Of a stretch of 64,000 nucleotides of DNA, positions 43,805-52,565 are shown in pieces (the stretch's first letter is position 1; every line of letters begins with the position of its first letter). The stretch is from Actinomycetes bacterium. Lineage in GTDB: Bacteria; Actinomycetota; Coriobacteriia; Coriobacteriales; JAEZXW01. A program made the position numbers and the translations under genes. The stretch lies in the NCBI GenBank assembly GCA_023419515.1, contig JAEZXW010000028.1, forward strand, positions 6,411 to 70,410, in the 5' to 3' direction. The notes below the pieces were generated by a model that had not been told where the DNA came from, ran no database searches, and saw nothing but the letters and a program-made list of their open reading frames with translations.

Positions 43805-45547
43805 CTAGAGTGAACGTGATGCCAAAAATTCAATTTGTGGATAGCGGGCGCAGATCTCGGCTGCCTCTTCAATAGCAACAGCTAAGCGCTCGATTGGGTC
43901 ATCATCAGGACTAATAAGATGGATGTGGAGGGCTCGCCTGTCCTTTTGCGTCAAGGTTGCCAAGTCTCCCTTTGCCTGAGCAATCGCAAGTTCTCCCAGT
44001 GTGTAGTCCTCATGCGGTACGGTAATGACATCTTGCTCATTGGCACTGATAATCAAAAAGACGCCGTGATTAGGGCCGCCCTTGTGTAGCTGTCCTGTTG
44101 AGTGGAGGTAGCGCGGACCAATCTCTAAGCAGGTGGGATTACCCAAGCGTGAGGCGACTGCATGGCGAATGCGCTCAATTGCAAAACGACGCTCGCCTGT
44201 AAAGGGTAGAAACGCATTGATGCTCACATAATCTTGCAGCGAGATTTGCTCGAGCCACAGACACAACAATTCATGCAGGTTATTTGGAGCATCCTTGCTC
44301 GTCACAAAACCAGAATGCTCATAGATGAGCCACGGCTCAGCTACGGTTTGGGGATGAGCGGGCAACATGCCGTGCAGTGCACGAGCAGTGTTGACTTTAG
44401 CGAGCTGCACGTCGGGCTGATCAAAGGGGCAGACCTGCATGAGGTAACCAAGCATGCTCGTCGCATATTCCCAGAGCACAAAGTGCACGCCGATATCGAG
44501 GGTGTCGCAGATCGTATATTGGCGCAGCGGAGAGCGCTCGCTCACTTGAGCCAGATCACGCTCAAAAGCAGCGTTTTCATCGAGTGCGGGAATGTTGTAG
44601 GCAACGCAGGGGCGGGCGGAATACGGCGGATTGAGTAAGACCGGATTAATTTCAATCTGCGGCACGATTCCCTTGCCATCTTTGCCGAGCGACTCGGCAA
44701 CCAGCTGTTCAAGCCATAGGCCAAAGACGCGGGCTGCTTGCGGACTCATGTAGCTAAAGGTCAAGCCGCTCTGCGTCGAGAGGTTGTCGTACAAAAACGT
44801 GGCAAGTTCGATGGCGGGGTTTGTCTCAACGTCCTCAGCGCAAGCAAGTTCCATTTCTGCGGCACGGGCGAGGAATTGTTTGAGATCGATGCCCACGAGT
44901 GCCGTTGGCACCAGACCAAAGACCGAAAGCGCGCTAAAGCGGCCACCAACTGAGGTGACACCATAAAACACGCGCCTAAACTGGCATTTTTCTGCAATCT
45001 CAGTAAGTTTGTTGGTACCAGGATCAGTGATAGCGACAAAGCGTGAGCCAGCCTTGGCAACATCGCCATCAAACTGCTCGAGCGCCCAGCGCCATAATAC
45101 CTGAAAGAGCGAGAGTGTCTCGATGGTCGACCCTGATTTGCTCGACACCAAAAAGATAGTAGTTGCAACATCACAGGCATCCATGATCTTTTTGAGGTAG
45201 AGCGGTGAGAGTGAATCGAGGGTTGAAAACCTAATCTTAGGGTGAAGCGCCGCGTTGATCTTAGTGATGGTCATCGGCGCCTGGCTTGAGCCACCTTCGC
45301 CAATCAAGATGACGCGGGTCAACCCCTCATCAATACACGTTTGTGCGAACTGCTGGATATCGTCGATGTCGGCGGAAGGATTGCTTGCAAGTTGAGTCCA
45401 GCCCATAAAGTTCTGGGCGGTTTCGACTGCTTGAGCAGAAAAGTCATAGAGACTCGCATCGCTTGCGTGGATACGAGAAGCCACACGCTTCTCAACGAGG
45501 AGCGCTTGTGTGGGAGAGGTATGTGGCAAAGGCATAAGTGAAGACAC
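43805..45547 (-). CDS. pgi: Glucose-6-phosphate isomerase family (SIS/PGI) protein
   Basis: ILIGEGGSSQAP, IFLVSSKSGSTIETLS, VGGRFSALSVFGLVP. Confidence 0.7.
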   Translation of the reverse strand: MSSLMPLPHTSPTQALLVEKRVASRIHASDASLYDFSAQAVETAQNFMGWTQLASNPSADIDDIQQFAQTCIDEGLTRVILIGEGGSSQAPMTITKINAALHPKIRFSTLDSLSPLYLKKIMDACDVATTIFLVSSKSGSTIETLSLFQVLWRWALEQFDGDVAKAGSRFVAITDPGTNKLTEIAEKCQFRRVFYGVTSVGGRFSALSVFGLVPTALVGIDLKQFLARAAEMELACAEDVETNPAIELATFLYDNLSTQSGLTFSYMSPQAARVFGLWLEQLVAESLGKDGKGIVPQIEINPVLLNPPYSARPCVAYNIPALDENAAFERDLAQVSERSPLRQYTICDTLDIGVHFVLWEYATSMLGYLMQVCPFDQPDVQLAKVNTARALHGMLPAHPQTVAEPWLIYEHSGFVTSKDAPNNLHELLCLWLEQISLQDYVSINAFLPFTGERRFAIERIRHAVASRLGNPTCLEIGPRYLHSTGQLHKGGPNHGVFLIISANEQDVITVPHEDYTLGELAIAQAKGDLATLTQKDRRALHIHLISPDDDPIERLAVAIEEAAEICARYPQIEFLASRSL

Positions 45548-45724
45548 CTTCGCCTCCTTACCAGACTTATCCTGCAGTTAAACAAAGGTATTTTATCAAA
45601 ACTTTTCTATGAGGTCACAGGGTATGAGCTGCGCCATCACTACTGCGCTGCAATGAGCGCGCCACGGTTGGGTGTTGAAGCTCAGTGTTGGGATCGGGCT
45701 GCGGTCATTGTTGTCTGTGATCAA

Positions 45725-46747
45725 CTAGCAAATGCGTGGAAGCTGTTCACCAACTAGCATGTCAAGGACACGCTTCGAGCCGACTGCTGTGGTGATGTAG
45801 ACGCGCGGTGAACTTGGATTGCGTGGTTCACTCACGGTGCCGATGATAGCCGCCTCTGAACCGTAGGGCGAAGCCTGCATCGCAGCTAGGGCCGCCTCAG
45901 CTTCATCCGCTGGAACAACAGCAACGATCTTACCTTCGTTAGCGACCTGAAAAACGTCGTAGCCAAGCATCTCGCAGGCACCGCGCACCTGATCATGCAC
46001 TGGCACGTCGTGCTCCTGAACAGTGATGTCGACCCCGCTCGACTCGGCAAACTCGTTGAGGGTGCTCGCCAAGCCACCGCGGGTTGGATCGCGGAAGCAC
46101 CTCGTGTGTGGTGCTGCTTCAAGCACGCTGGCGATCAGCTTGTTGAGTGGTGCACAATCGCTTTCGATGTCGGAGTAAAAGGCGAGGTCTTCGCGTTGAG
46201 AGATGATGCAGATGCCGTGATCACCGATGCTGCCCGAGATCAAGACCACATCTCCTGGCTGGATATGTGAAGCTGAAAGATCAAGCTCGGGGTTGACCGC
46301 ACCGATACCTGTCGTCGTGATAAAGACGCCGTCACCGTGGCCTTTGTCGACAACCTTGGTGTCGCCCGTGATGATGGCAACGCCTGCCTCATCAGCAGTC
46401 TTTTTCATTGAGTGGACGATTTTTTCGAGCTCTTCAACCGCAAAGCCCTCTTCCAAAATGAATGAAACAGCGAGGTATTGTGGGGTGGCACCTGAGGTGG
46501 CAACGTCGTTGACCGTGCCACAGACAGCGATGCGGCCAATGTCACCACCAGGAAAAATGTGCGGGGTTACCACAAAGCTGTCAGTGCTCATGGCCACTGC
46601 GTTGCTTGGCAGGCTCACCACGCTCGCATCGTTTGCCTGTAAGAGCTCTTCACTTGCATATCCTGCAAAGAAAATCTCATCAATGAGACGCTTCATCATC
46701 GTGCCGCCACTGCCGTGGCCAAGCAAGACTGTTTTATCGGTTGCCAT
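45725..46747 (-). CDS. hypE: Hydrogenase maturation protein HypE
   Basis: LLGHGSGGTMMKRLIDEIF; C-terminal ..GEQLPRIC (the PRIC motif). Confidence 0.9.
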   Translation of the reverse strand: MATDKTVLLGHGSGGTMMKRLIDEIFFAGYASEELLQANDASVVSLPSNAVAMSTDSFVVTPHIFPGGDIGRIAVCGTVNDVATSGATPQYLAVSFILEEGFAVEELEKIVHSMKKTADEAGVAIITGDTKVVDKGHGDGVFITTTGIGAVNPELDLSASHIQPGDVVLISGSIGDHGICIISQREDLAFYSDIESDCAPLNKLIASVLEAAPHTRCFRDPTRGGLASTLNEFAESSGVDITVQEHDVPVHDQVRGACEMLGYDVFQVANEGKIVAVVPADEAEAALAAMQASPYGSEAAIIGTVSEPRNPSSPRVYITTAVGSKRVLDMLVGEQLPRIC

Positions 46748-46850
46748 GCTGTATCCGTCCGTTGGGTTATTTGTTCGTTCAATGGATCATGTTCATTGGT
46801 GAGGATAATTGTTTTGGATTAATCGCTAATAAGAGCGCTGTTTTGCGCGG

Positions 46851-48008
46851 TTAATCCTCTCGGTAGCGGTAGTATGCAGCGCAGCTTCCTTCGCTCGAGA
46901 CCATGCAGGCACCGATTGGATTTTCGGGCGTGCACTTGCGCCCAAAGAGCCCACACTTGTTGGGCATCAACGCGCCGCGCAGTACGTCACCGCAGCGACA
47001 TCCCTTGTGCTCGATGGTGGGCTCAGCCTGTGGAGCAAAGCGTTCACGAGCATCGTAGCGCGCGTATTCGCCCTTGAGCTTGATGCCACTTAAGCCAATA
47101 TCACCAAGGCCTCGCCAGTTGGCGTCGCAGGGTTCAAAGTAGGTGTCGATGAGAGCTTGCGCAGTGATATTGCCCTCGTAGGCAACACCGCGCGGATAGC
47201 CGTTTTCAATCGCGGCGCGCCTGCCGACGACCTGCTCAACCAGCATCAAGATGCCCTGAAGCACATCGATCGGCTCAAAACCAACCACCACACCCGGAAT
47301 CTCATAGTTACGTGCCAAAAACTCGTATGCCTTCAGTCCAATGATCGTCGAGACATGGCCGGGCAAAATCAGGCCATCAACGTGAACTTCAGGGTCGTTG
47401 ACGATCGCCTCAAGCGCATGGGGCATCGTCTTGTGCGCGCAGTAGATTGAGAAGTTGTCGAGCTTGAGCGCCTGGGCTGCCTCAAGCGCCGCCGCGATGA
47501 TAGGAGCGGTCGTTTCAAAGCCAACAGCTGCAAAGATAACCTGCTTGTCAGGGTTCTTTTGAGCGATCGTGAGCGAATCGAGCGGTGAGTAAACCACGCG
47601 AACCTCATGCCCTGCTGCCTTTTCGGCGTTCAAAGATGAGGTTGATCCTGGCACGCGCATCATGTCGCCAAAGCTCGTCATGATGACGTTGTCGAGCCTG
47701 GCAAGTGCAATAATCTCATCAATATCGACGTTTGCTGTCACGCAGACGGGACAGCCTGGGCCAGAGAGAAGCTCAAGACCTTTGGGCATCGCGTTTCTGA
47801 TGCCATAGCGTGCAATCGAGACCGTGTGCGTACCGCAAACCTCCATGAGCCTGATGGTCTTGTCATCTACGAGCTCGTGGATGCGTTCGATGATCTGACT
47901 AGCAAGGTTGGGATTTCTCAGTAAACCGCGATCAAGCCCCAGTGGGTTGTAGAGGCTTGTCTGATTGACTTGCGAGGTTGATTGAGTTGTTGGGATGGGC
48001 GCGCTCAT
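46851..48008 (-). CDS. hypD: Hydrogenase maturation protein HypD
   Basis: MEVCGTHT, GPGCPVCV, and a C-terminal Cys-rich region. Confidence 0.9.
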   Translation of the reverse strand: MSAPIPTTQSTSQVNQTSLYNPLGLDRGLLRNPNLASQIIERIHELVDDKTIRLMEVCGTHTVSIARYGIRNAMPKGLELLSGPGCPVCVTANVDIDEIIALARLDNVIMTSFGDMMRVPGSTSSLNAEKAAGHEVRVVYSPLDSLTIAQKNPDKQVIFAAVGFETTAPIIAAALEAAQALKLDNFSIYCAHKTMPHALEAIVNDPEVHVDGLILPGHVSTIIGLKAYEFLARNYEIPGVVVGFEPIDVLQGILMLVEQVVGRRAAIENGYPRGVAYEGNITAQALIDTYFEPCDANWRGLGDIGLSGIKLKGEYARYDARERFAPQAEPTIEHKGCRCGDVLRGALMPNKCGLFGRKCTPENPIGACMVSSEGSCAAYYRYRED

Positions 48009-48262
48009 TTTTTGAGTACCTGCAAATCTTCAATTTCATCATGAGCAAGCTCAGGAAACTCAGCGAGTAGATCGAGGGTCATCTTGGCACCCTCCTCAGT
48101 CTCTTCTTGGATAGAAAAGCCGGCATGCACCAAAACCCAGTCGCCGACCTGAACGTTTGGCGTTAATCTGATCGAAATATCGCGTTTAACACCCATGAGA
48201 TCAACGGTTGCTTGATACATCTCGCGGACCTCGGTGATTTTGCCTGGAATGGCTAAGCACAT
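48005..48262 (-). CDS. hypC: Hydrogenase maturation chaperone HypC
   Basis: MCLAIPGKI N-terminus. It overlaps hypD by 4 nt. Confidence 0.9.
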   Translation of the reverse strand: MCLAIPGKITEVREMYQATVDLMGVKRDISIRLTPNVQVGDWVLVHAGFSIQEETEEGAKMTLDLLAEFPELAHDEIEDLQVLKK

Positions 48263-48346
48263 TGCCGCATCGCCTCTTTCTTCCTGTCACCCAATTGCAA
48301 AGCTTTCTTGATGGTTGATTATAAAAACACCAGTTCGGTTGATGTG

Positions 48347-51061
48347 TCAGGCAGTTGATGCCTGCGGCTCATCGACAGTTCCCCTCACCTGAAGCGCAAA
48401 TGCTACAGCCGCCTGTCCATAAGCGATACAACCATCGTTTTGAGGAAGCTCGCGTGAAAAATATGTCTTTTGTTCTAACTCTACGCCTTCGGGGTTCAGT
48501 CCAAGCGTTACAAGTTTTATCAGAATACGATTCATGAATGTTCCACCCGAAAAACATGCAGGTAGATCACCGTATTTGATTTGCAGTTGTTGTGTCAATT
48601 TGATGATGAGACCGCCGATCACGAGGTGTACATCAAGGGCGATGGCCTCGTATTTATCGTCCGCGTCCATGCGATCTAAGACCCATGCAATAAGCGCTCT
48701 GGTATCGATGATGCCTGATGAGTTTGGCATGAGGGCATCAACCATGGCGCGGATCTGGTCTTGTGCCATAAGTTCGCTGGCGTATTCGGCAAGGATCGCC
48801 ATGCTTGAGTTCGCTTTGGTTGAGGTGTGATTGTCTTGCCGTGACAGGTGAGATGAGCGCGTGTACTCCCAAGCGAGGAGTCCTCGGTGGGCTGCTGCTT
48901 CGAGCAAGATTGCCGCTTCACCCTCGTAGGTGGGGTTGCGGCAGATCCCAAGGAGGGCTGAGATTGCGTCAAAGAGTCGACCACAGCTGGTCGAGAAGGT
49001 CACGCCAAGACCCGCTCTACCAACGAGCTCGCGTATCATCTGCAGCTCTTTGGGATCGATTGATTGTTGGAGAGACTGTGCTGCTGGATGATCGACCAGT
49101 CCAAAATGAGCGAGCACGCCAATAGCAAGGCGGTCGGTGTGTTTGATGGCTCGTTCGCCGCCGACAAGCGGAATTGCCTTAAAGTGCGCCACGCGCTTGG
49201 CGCTGGCGAGCGTTGCCACAAAGAATTCGCCACCCCACAGATCACCTGAGTGGTCATCGATGGTGAGATCCTCATAATCGGGGATGAGATGATATGACGT
49301 GCTGGTTTGTTCTTGACCGAGGGCGACCCAGGGTGCTCCCGTGCCATCAAAGGCAACACCAATGCAGGCGTTGATGTCGTGCTCAGCCATGACGGCAGCC
49401 ACGTGAGCATGGTGGTGGCAGACGTCGACGCGTGTGCAGTGCTCTTCCTGCTGAGATTCAGCATAACTATTGTTCTGTGCGTTATGGCTGCTTAGTTCGA
49501 GATAATGGTTCCCCCACATTGTCGAGTGATAGGAGGGGTGCATGTCGAGGGCAAGTGTGGTGGGATCAAGTCGTAAAAGCTCACGATAGGTTGCAAGGGT
49601 TGACTCAAACGATTCTAAAATTGCCGCGTTGTGAAGATCGCCGATGTGTTGCGAGACAAAGACTTGTGGGCCTTGGGCAAGAGCAAAGGTATTCTTTTGC
49701 TCAGAGCCCGTTGCGAGGATGACACGGTTCATAACCTCGCATTCCTGTGGAGTTGCAGCTATTGGATCTGCTGGTTGCTCAAAGAGCTGCGTCGCCTTGA
49801 TAGGTACGGGGAATGGTGCATACCCACGAGCTCTACGAATCATATAGAGTTTGTCATCCAAGATGCGAACGACTGAATCATCGAGTCGCTGTACGATTTG
49901 GCGGTCGTGAAGCACAAAGCCGTCGGCGATGGCGTTGAGCGCTGAAAGCGCGTAGTTGTCATCGATACAGATTGGCTCACCAGAAATATTACCGCTCGTC
50001 ATGATGAGCGGACGGCCAACCAGCCTCGTGAGCAGGTGGTGCAGTGGCGTGCTCGGCAGCATGACGCCGACTTCAAGCAGATCGAGGGTCACTGAAGGTG
50101 CAAGTGGTGCATCTTGGCGTTTTTCCAGCAGCACGATAGGTGCAGCGCTTGAGGCGAGGGCAGTTTTTTCTGCTTCAGAGAGATGCCCAAGTTCACTCGC
50201 TGCATCGATGTCAGCCACCATGCATGCGAGCGCTTTGCGGGGGCGATGCTTGCGGTGGCGCAGGGTTGCGACTGCTGCTTCATTGGTGGCATCGCAGGCA
50301 AGGTGAAATCCGCCGAGACCCTTGATAGCGAGAATTTTGCCGTCAAGCAGGGAGTGGGCTGCCGTCTCAAGAATGAGGTCGGAGTTTAGCCGTCGCTCTT
50401 CAACGGTGGTGCCACTGACACTCAAGCGCTCATCGCCAGCCTGCCAGCTTATCTGCGGTCCACAGATAAAGCAGGCGTCGGGCTGGGCATCAAAGCGTCT
50501 ATTCGCTGGATCGTGATACTCCGTACTGCACTCATGGCACATTTGAAACTCATGCATTGACGTGCGGCAACGATCATAGGGAAGTTCTTTAATGACGGTC
50601 GCGCGCGGTCCGCAGTTGGTGCAGTTGATAAAGGGATAGTGATAGCGCCGATTGTCTGGATCTAACAGTTCCGCTAGGCAGTCAGGACAGGTTGCGAGGT
50701 CTGCTGAGACGTGCGTGGTTTGCCGATAAGGGAGGTCATATTCATCATCACGCGATTCGATGATCTCAAAGGGTCGAGGATTGCCTGCTTCATCGATGTC
50801 ATTCTCAGCAAGCTCACTCGGTTTGACCGTAAACTCGGTGACCCGCGCCTGTGGAGGCAGATCGTTTTTAAGCGTGTGAGTAAAGGCTTTAATCGCCTGC
50901 TCGTCTTTGACAATTGCGTGGATGGTAACACCGCGAACGCCGTTTAAGACCCATCCGGCAATTTGGTGCTGAGTAGCAATGCGCCAGATGGTTGGACGCA
51001 TGCCAACTCCCTGGACAACGCCCTTGAGTGACACGTCATATGCTAGCCAGTGTTGCTTCAT
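48347..51061 (-). CDS. hypF: Carbamoyltransferase HypF (904 aa, longer than usual)
   Basis: Acylphosphatase domain (VKGVVQGVGMRP), two Zn fingers (CPDCLAELLDPDNRRYHYPFINCTNCGPR; CHECSTEYHDPANRRFDAQPDACFICGP), and YrdC-like and Kae1-like regions. Confidence 0.9.
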   Translation of the reverse strand: MKQHWLAYDVSLKGVVQGVGMRPTIWRIATQHQIAGWVLNGVRGVTIHAIVKDEQAIKAFTHTLKNDLPPQARVTEFTVKPSELAENDIDEAGNPRPFEIIESRDDEYDLPYRQTTHVSADLATCPDCLAELLDPDNRRYHYPFINCTNCGPRATVIKELPYDRCRTSMHEFQMCHECSTEYHDPANRRFDAQPDACFICGPQISWQAGDERLSVSGTTVEERRLNSDLILETAAHSLLDGKILAIKGLGGFHLACDATNEAAVATLRHRKHRPRKALACMVADIDAASELGHLSEAEKTALASSAAPIVLLEKRQDAPLAPSVTLDLLEVGVMLPSTPLHHLLTRLVGRPLIMTSGNISGEPICIDDNYALSALNAIADGFVLHDRQIVQRLDDSVVRILDDKLYMIRRARGYAPFPVPIKATQLFEQPADPIAATPQECEVMNRVILATGSEQKNTFALAQGPQVFVSQHIGDLHNAAILESFESTLATYRELLRLDPTTLALDMHPSYHSTMWGNHYLELSSHNAQNNSYAESQQEEHCTRVDVCHHHAHVAAVMAEHDINACIGVAFDGTGAPWVALGQEQTSTSYHLIPDYEDLTIDDHSGDLWGGEFFVATLASAKRVAHFKAIPLVGGERAIKHTDRLAIGVLAHFGLVDHPAAQSLQQSIDPKELQMIRELVGRAGLGVTFSTSCGRLFDAISALLGICRNPTYEGEAAILLEAAAHRGLLAWEYTRSSHLSRQDNHTSTKANSSMAILAEYASELMAQDQIRAMVDALMPNSSGIIDTRALIAWVLDRMDADDKYEAIALDVHLVIGGLIIKLTQQLQIKYGDLPACFSGGTFMNRILIKLVTLGLNPEGVELEQKTYFSRELPQNDGCIAYGQAAVAFALQVRGTVDEPQASTA

Positions 51062-51636
51062 TGTAGTGTTGTGTGATCGTGATGGTGCCCATGGTGATCA
51101 CTGTGAGTAGCGTGATTGCCGCCGCAGCCACAGGCGTCGTGATGCTGAGCGTGGTGGTTGCCACGGTCGCGTCTATCCTGATAGTCGTGGTCGCAGCCGT
51201 GCTTACGACTATCAGCTGATTGAATAACCGTAGCGGTCAAGTGACCGGTTTTGACGCCTTTGAGCCCCATGAGCTTGTTGGCAAGCGCGCGTACCTCGGT
51301 CGCCTCACCCTTAAGCGCAATCACCTCAAGGCAATAAGAAAGATCGAGGTGAATATGCATTTTTGAGATCACCATGGAGCCAGCGTGGTGCTCGATCTCG
51401 TCTTTTTCTTGTGAGAGCTTGCTGTGATGATGACCGTAGAGCAAGGTGAGCGTTCCTGCGACAAGTGCTCCTGGTTGAGCCCATGCCTGATCGTTGAGCT
51501 CATCGCGAATCAAGTCGCGGACAGCTTCTGATCGATTGGCGGTTGCTCCGCGCGTGTTGACATACGCATCAAAATCGCGCAGTAAATCCTGGGACAGCGT
51601 CACCGAAAAACGAATGAGTTGATCTCCACTACTCAT
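51058..51636 (-). CDS. nikR: NikR-family nickel-responsive regulator with a C-terminal His/Cys-rich extension
   Basis: RHH domain IRFSVTLSQDLLRDFDAYV..NRSEAVRDLIRDEL. Ni-site pattern EHH..MHIHLDLSYCLEVIALKG (H-x-H-x5-C). The tail ..KHGCDHDYQ..GNHHAQHHDACGCGGNHATHSDHHGHHHDH has 14 His and 3 Cys in the last 54 aa. The stop overlaps the hypF ATG (ATGA). Confidence 0.8.
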   Translation of the reverse strand: MSSGDQLIRFSVTLSQDLLRDFDAYVNTRGATANRSEAVRDLIRDELNDQAWAQPGALVAGTLTLLYGHHHSKLSQEKDEIEHHAGSMVISKMHIHLDLSYCLEVIALKGEATEVRALANKLMGLKGVKTGHLTATVIQSADSRKHGCDHDYQDRRDRGNHHAQHHDACGCGGNHATHSDHHGHHHDHTTLQ

Positions 51637-51667
51637 GGCGGGCGTTTGTGCTAAAAGCGAGTGTGCG

Positions 51668-51922
51668 CTACACGAGAGATACGGTGGTTCCGTCTTGATC
51701 TTGCGTGTCACGCTCGAGGGCATCGGTCATCTCGTCGAGGAGTGAGCGAGCCTCATCAAGCAGGTTTTGTGCTTCCAACAGTTTTTTTGCCGTGCGCTGC
51801 ATCTGTGCATCGTCAGCGAGGTGATAGGTTTTGTGAGTCCAGCGACGCACCAGTGCGACATGATCATTGAGCAGATCGATGTTTCCCTGAAGCTGTGAGG
51901 TATTCACGCCATTGGTGCACAT
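51668..51922 (-). CDS. Small hypothetical helical protein upstream of nikR
   Basis: GGAG lies 8 nt before ATG 51922. The 84-aa product (..AQMQRTAKKLLEAQNLLDEARSLLDEMTDALERD..) matches no recognised family. Confidence 0.4.
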   Translation of the reverse strand: MCTNGVNTSQLQGNIDLLNDHVALVRRWTHKTYHLADDAQMQRTAKKLLEAQNLLDEARSLLDEMTDALERDTQDQDGTTVSLV

Positions 51923-51985
51923 AAGGGTCACTCCAGTTCTCTTAAATCATTGCTCTCATTCGTTACTATCTAGCGGTTTTGAGGC

Positions 51986-52034
51986 AAAATAAACACCCTT
52001 ATCTTTGCGCTAATTACTGCAAAAGATAAGGGTG
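51986..52034 (-). terminator. Rho-independent terminator downstream of trxA
   Basis: A perfect 13-bp stem, CACCCTTATCTTT (51994-52006) / AAAGATAAGGGTG (52022-52034), followed on the minus strand by TTTATTTT. Confidence 0.8.
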
Positions 52035-52103
52035 CTATTTGCAATTTCATACAAATTTAAGATTGCAAGCAGATGCTCGAGCGCGACTTGCCTTAAGCTT
52101 AGT

Positions 52104-52424
52104 TTAGCCGAGGTGCTCCTCAAGCTGGCGCAGGATAGCTGCCTTTGGAGATGCACCAACGAGGGTTGCAACAGGCTGGCCACCCTTGAAGAGAATCATA
52201 GTTGGGATTGACATAACACGATACTGCGCAGCCAGATCCTGGTTCTCATCAACATTGCACTTACCAACGTTCAGGCGATCTGACTCCTCGTTGCCGAGCT
52301 CCTCAATAACTGGACCAAGCTGACGGCAAGGGCCACACCACTCAGCCCAAAAATCAAGCAGGAAAGGCTTGTCAGACTTGAGAACAAGCTCTTCAAAATT
52401 AGCAGCAGTAATTTGCTCAGCCAT
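52104..52424 (-). CDS. trxA: Thioredoxin
   Basis: AAGGAG lies upstream of ATG 52424. The active site reads WAEWCGPCRQL. Confidence 0.9.
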   Translation of the reverse strand: MAEQITAANFEELVLKSDKPFLLDFWAEWCGPCRQLGPVIEELGNEESDRLNVGKCNVDENQDLAAQYRVMSIPTMILFKGGQPVATLVGASPKAAILRQLEEHLG

Positions 52425-52565
52425 CGTAACTCCTTTTGGTAAGTGCGCATCAAGCTTGCGCAAAATGCAAAACTATTAACATGTGCACTCATATATACCC
52501 AGCCGCACTAAAAATATCAGGTTATGCATGGGCAATATTGGCTGCATCGCTAAAGCACAATTTTG

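Noticed and set aside
51637-51723. An upstream extension of the nikR ORF (the track starts at 51723).
   Set aside because: The extension (MPSSVTRKIKTEPPYLSCS..) precedes the RHH domain by 30 aa with no similarity and would overlap the upstream small ORF. ATG 51636 gives a canonical NikR N-terminus.
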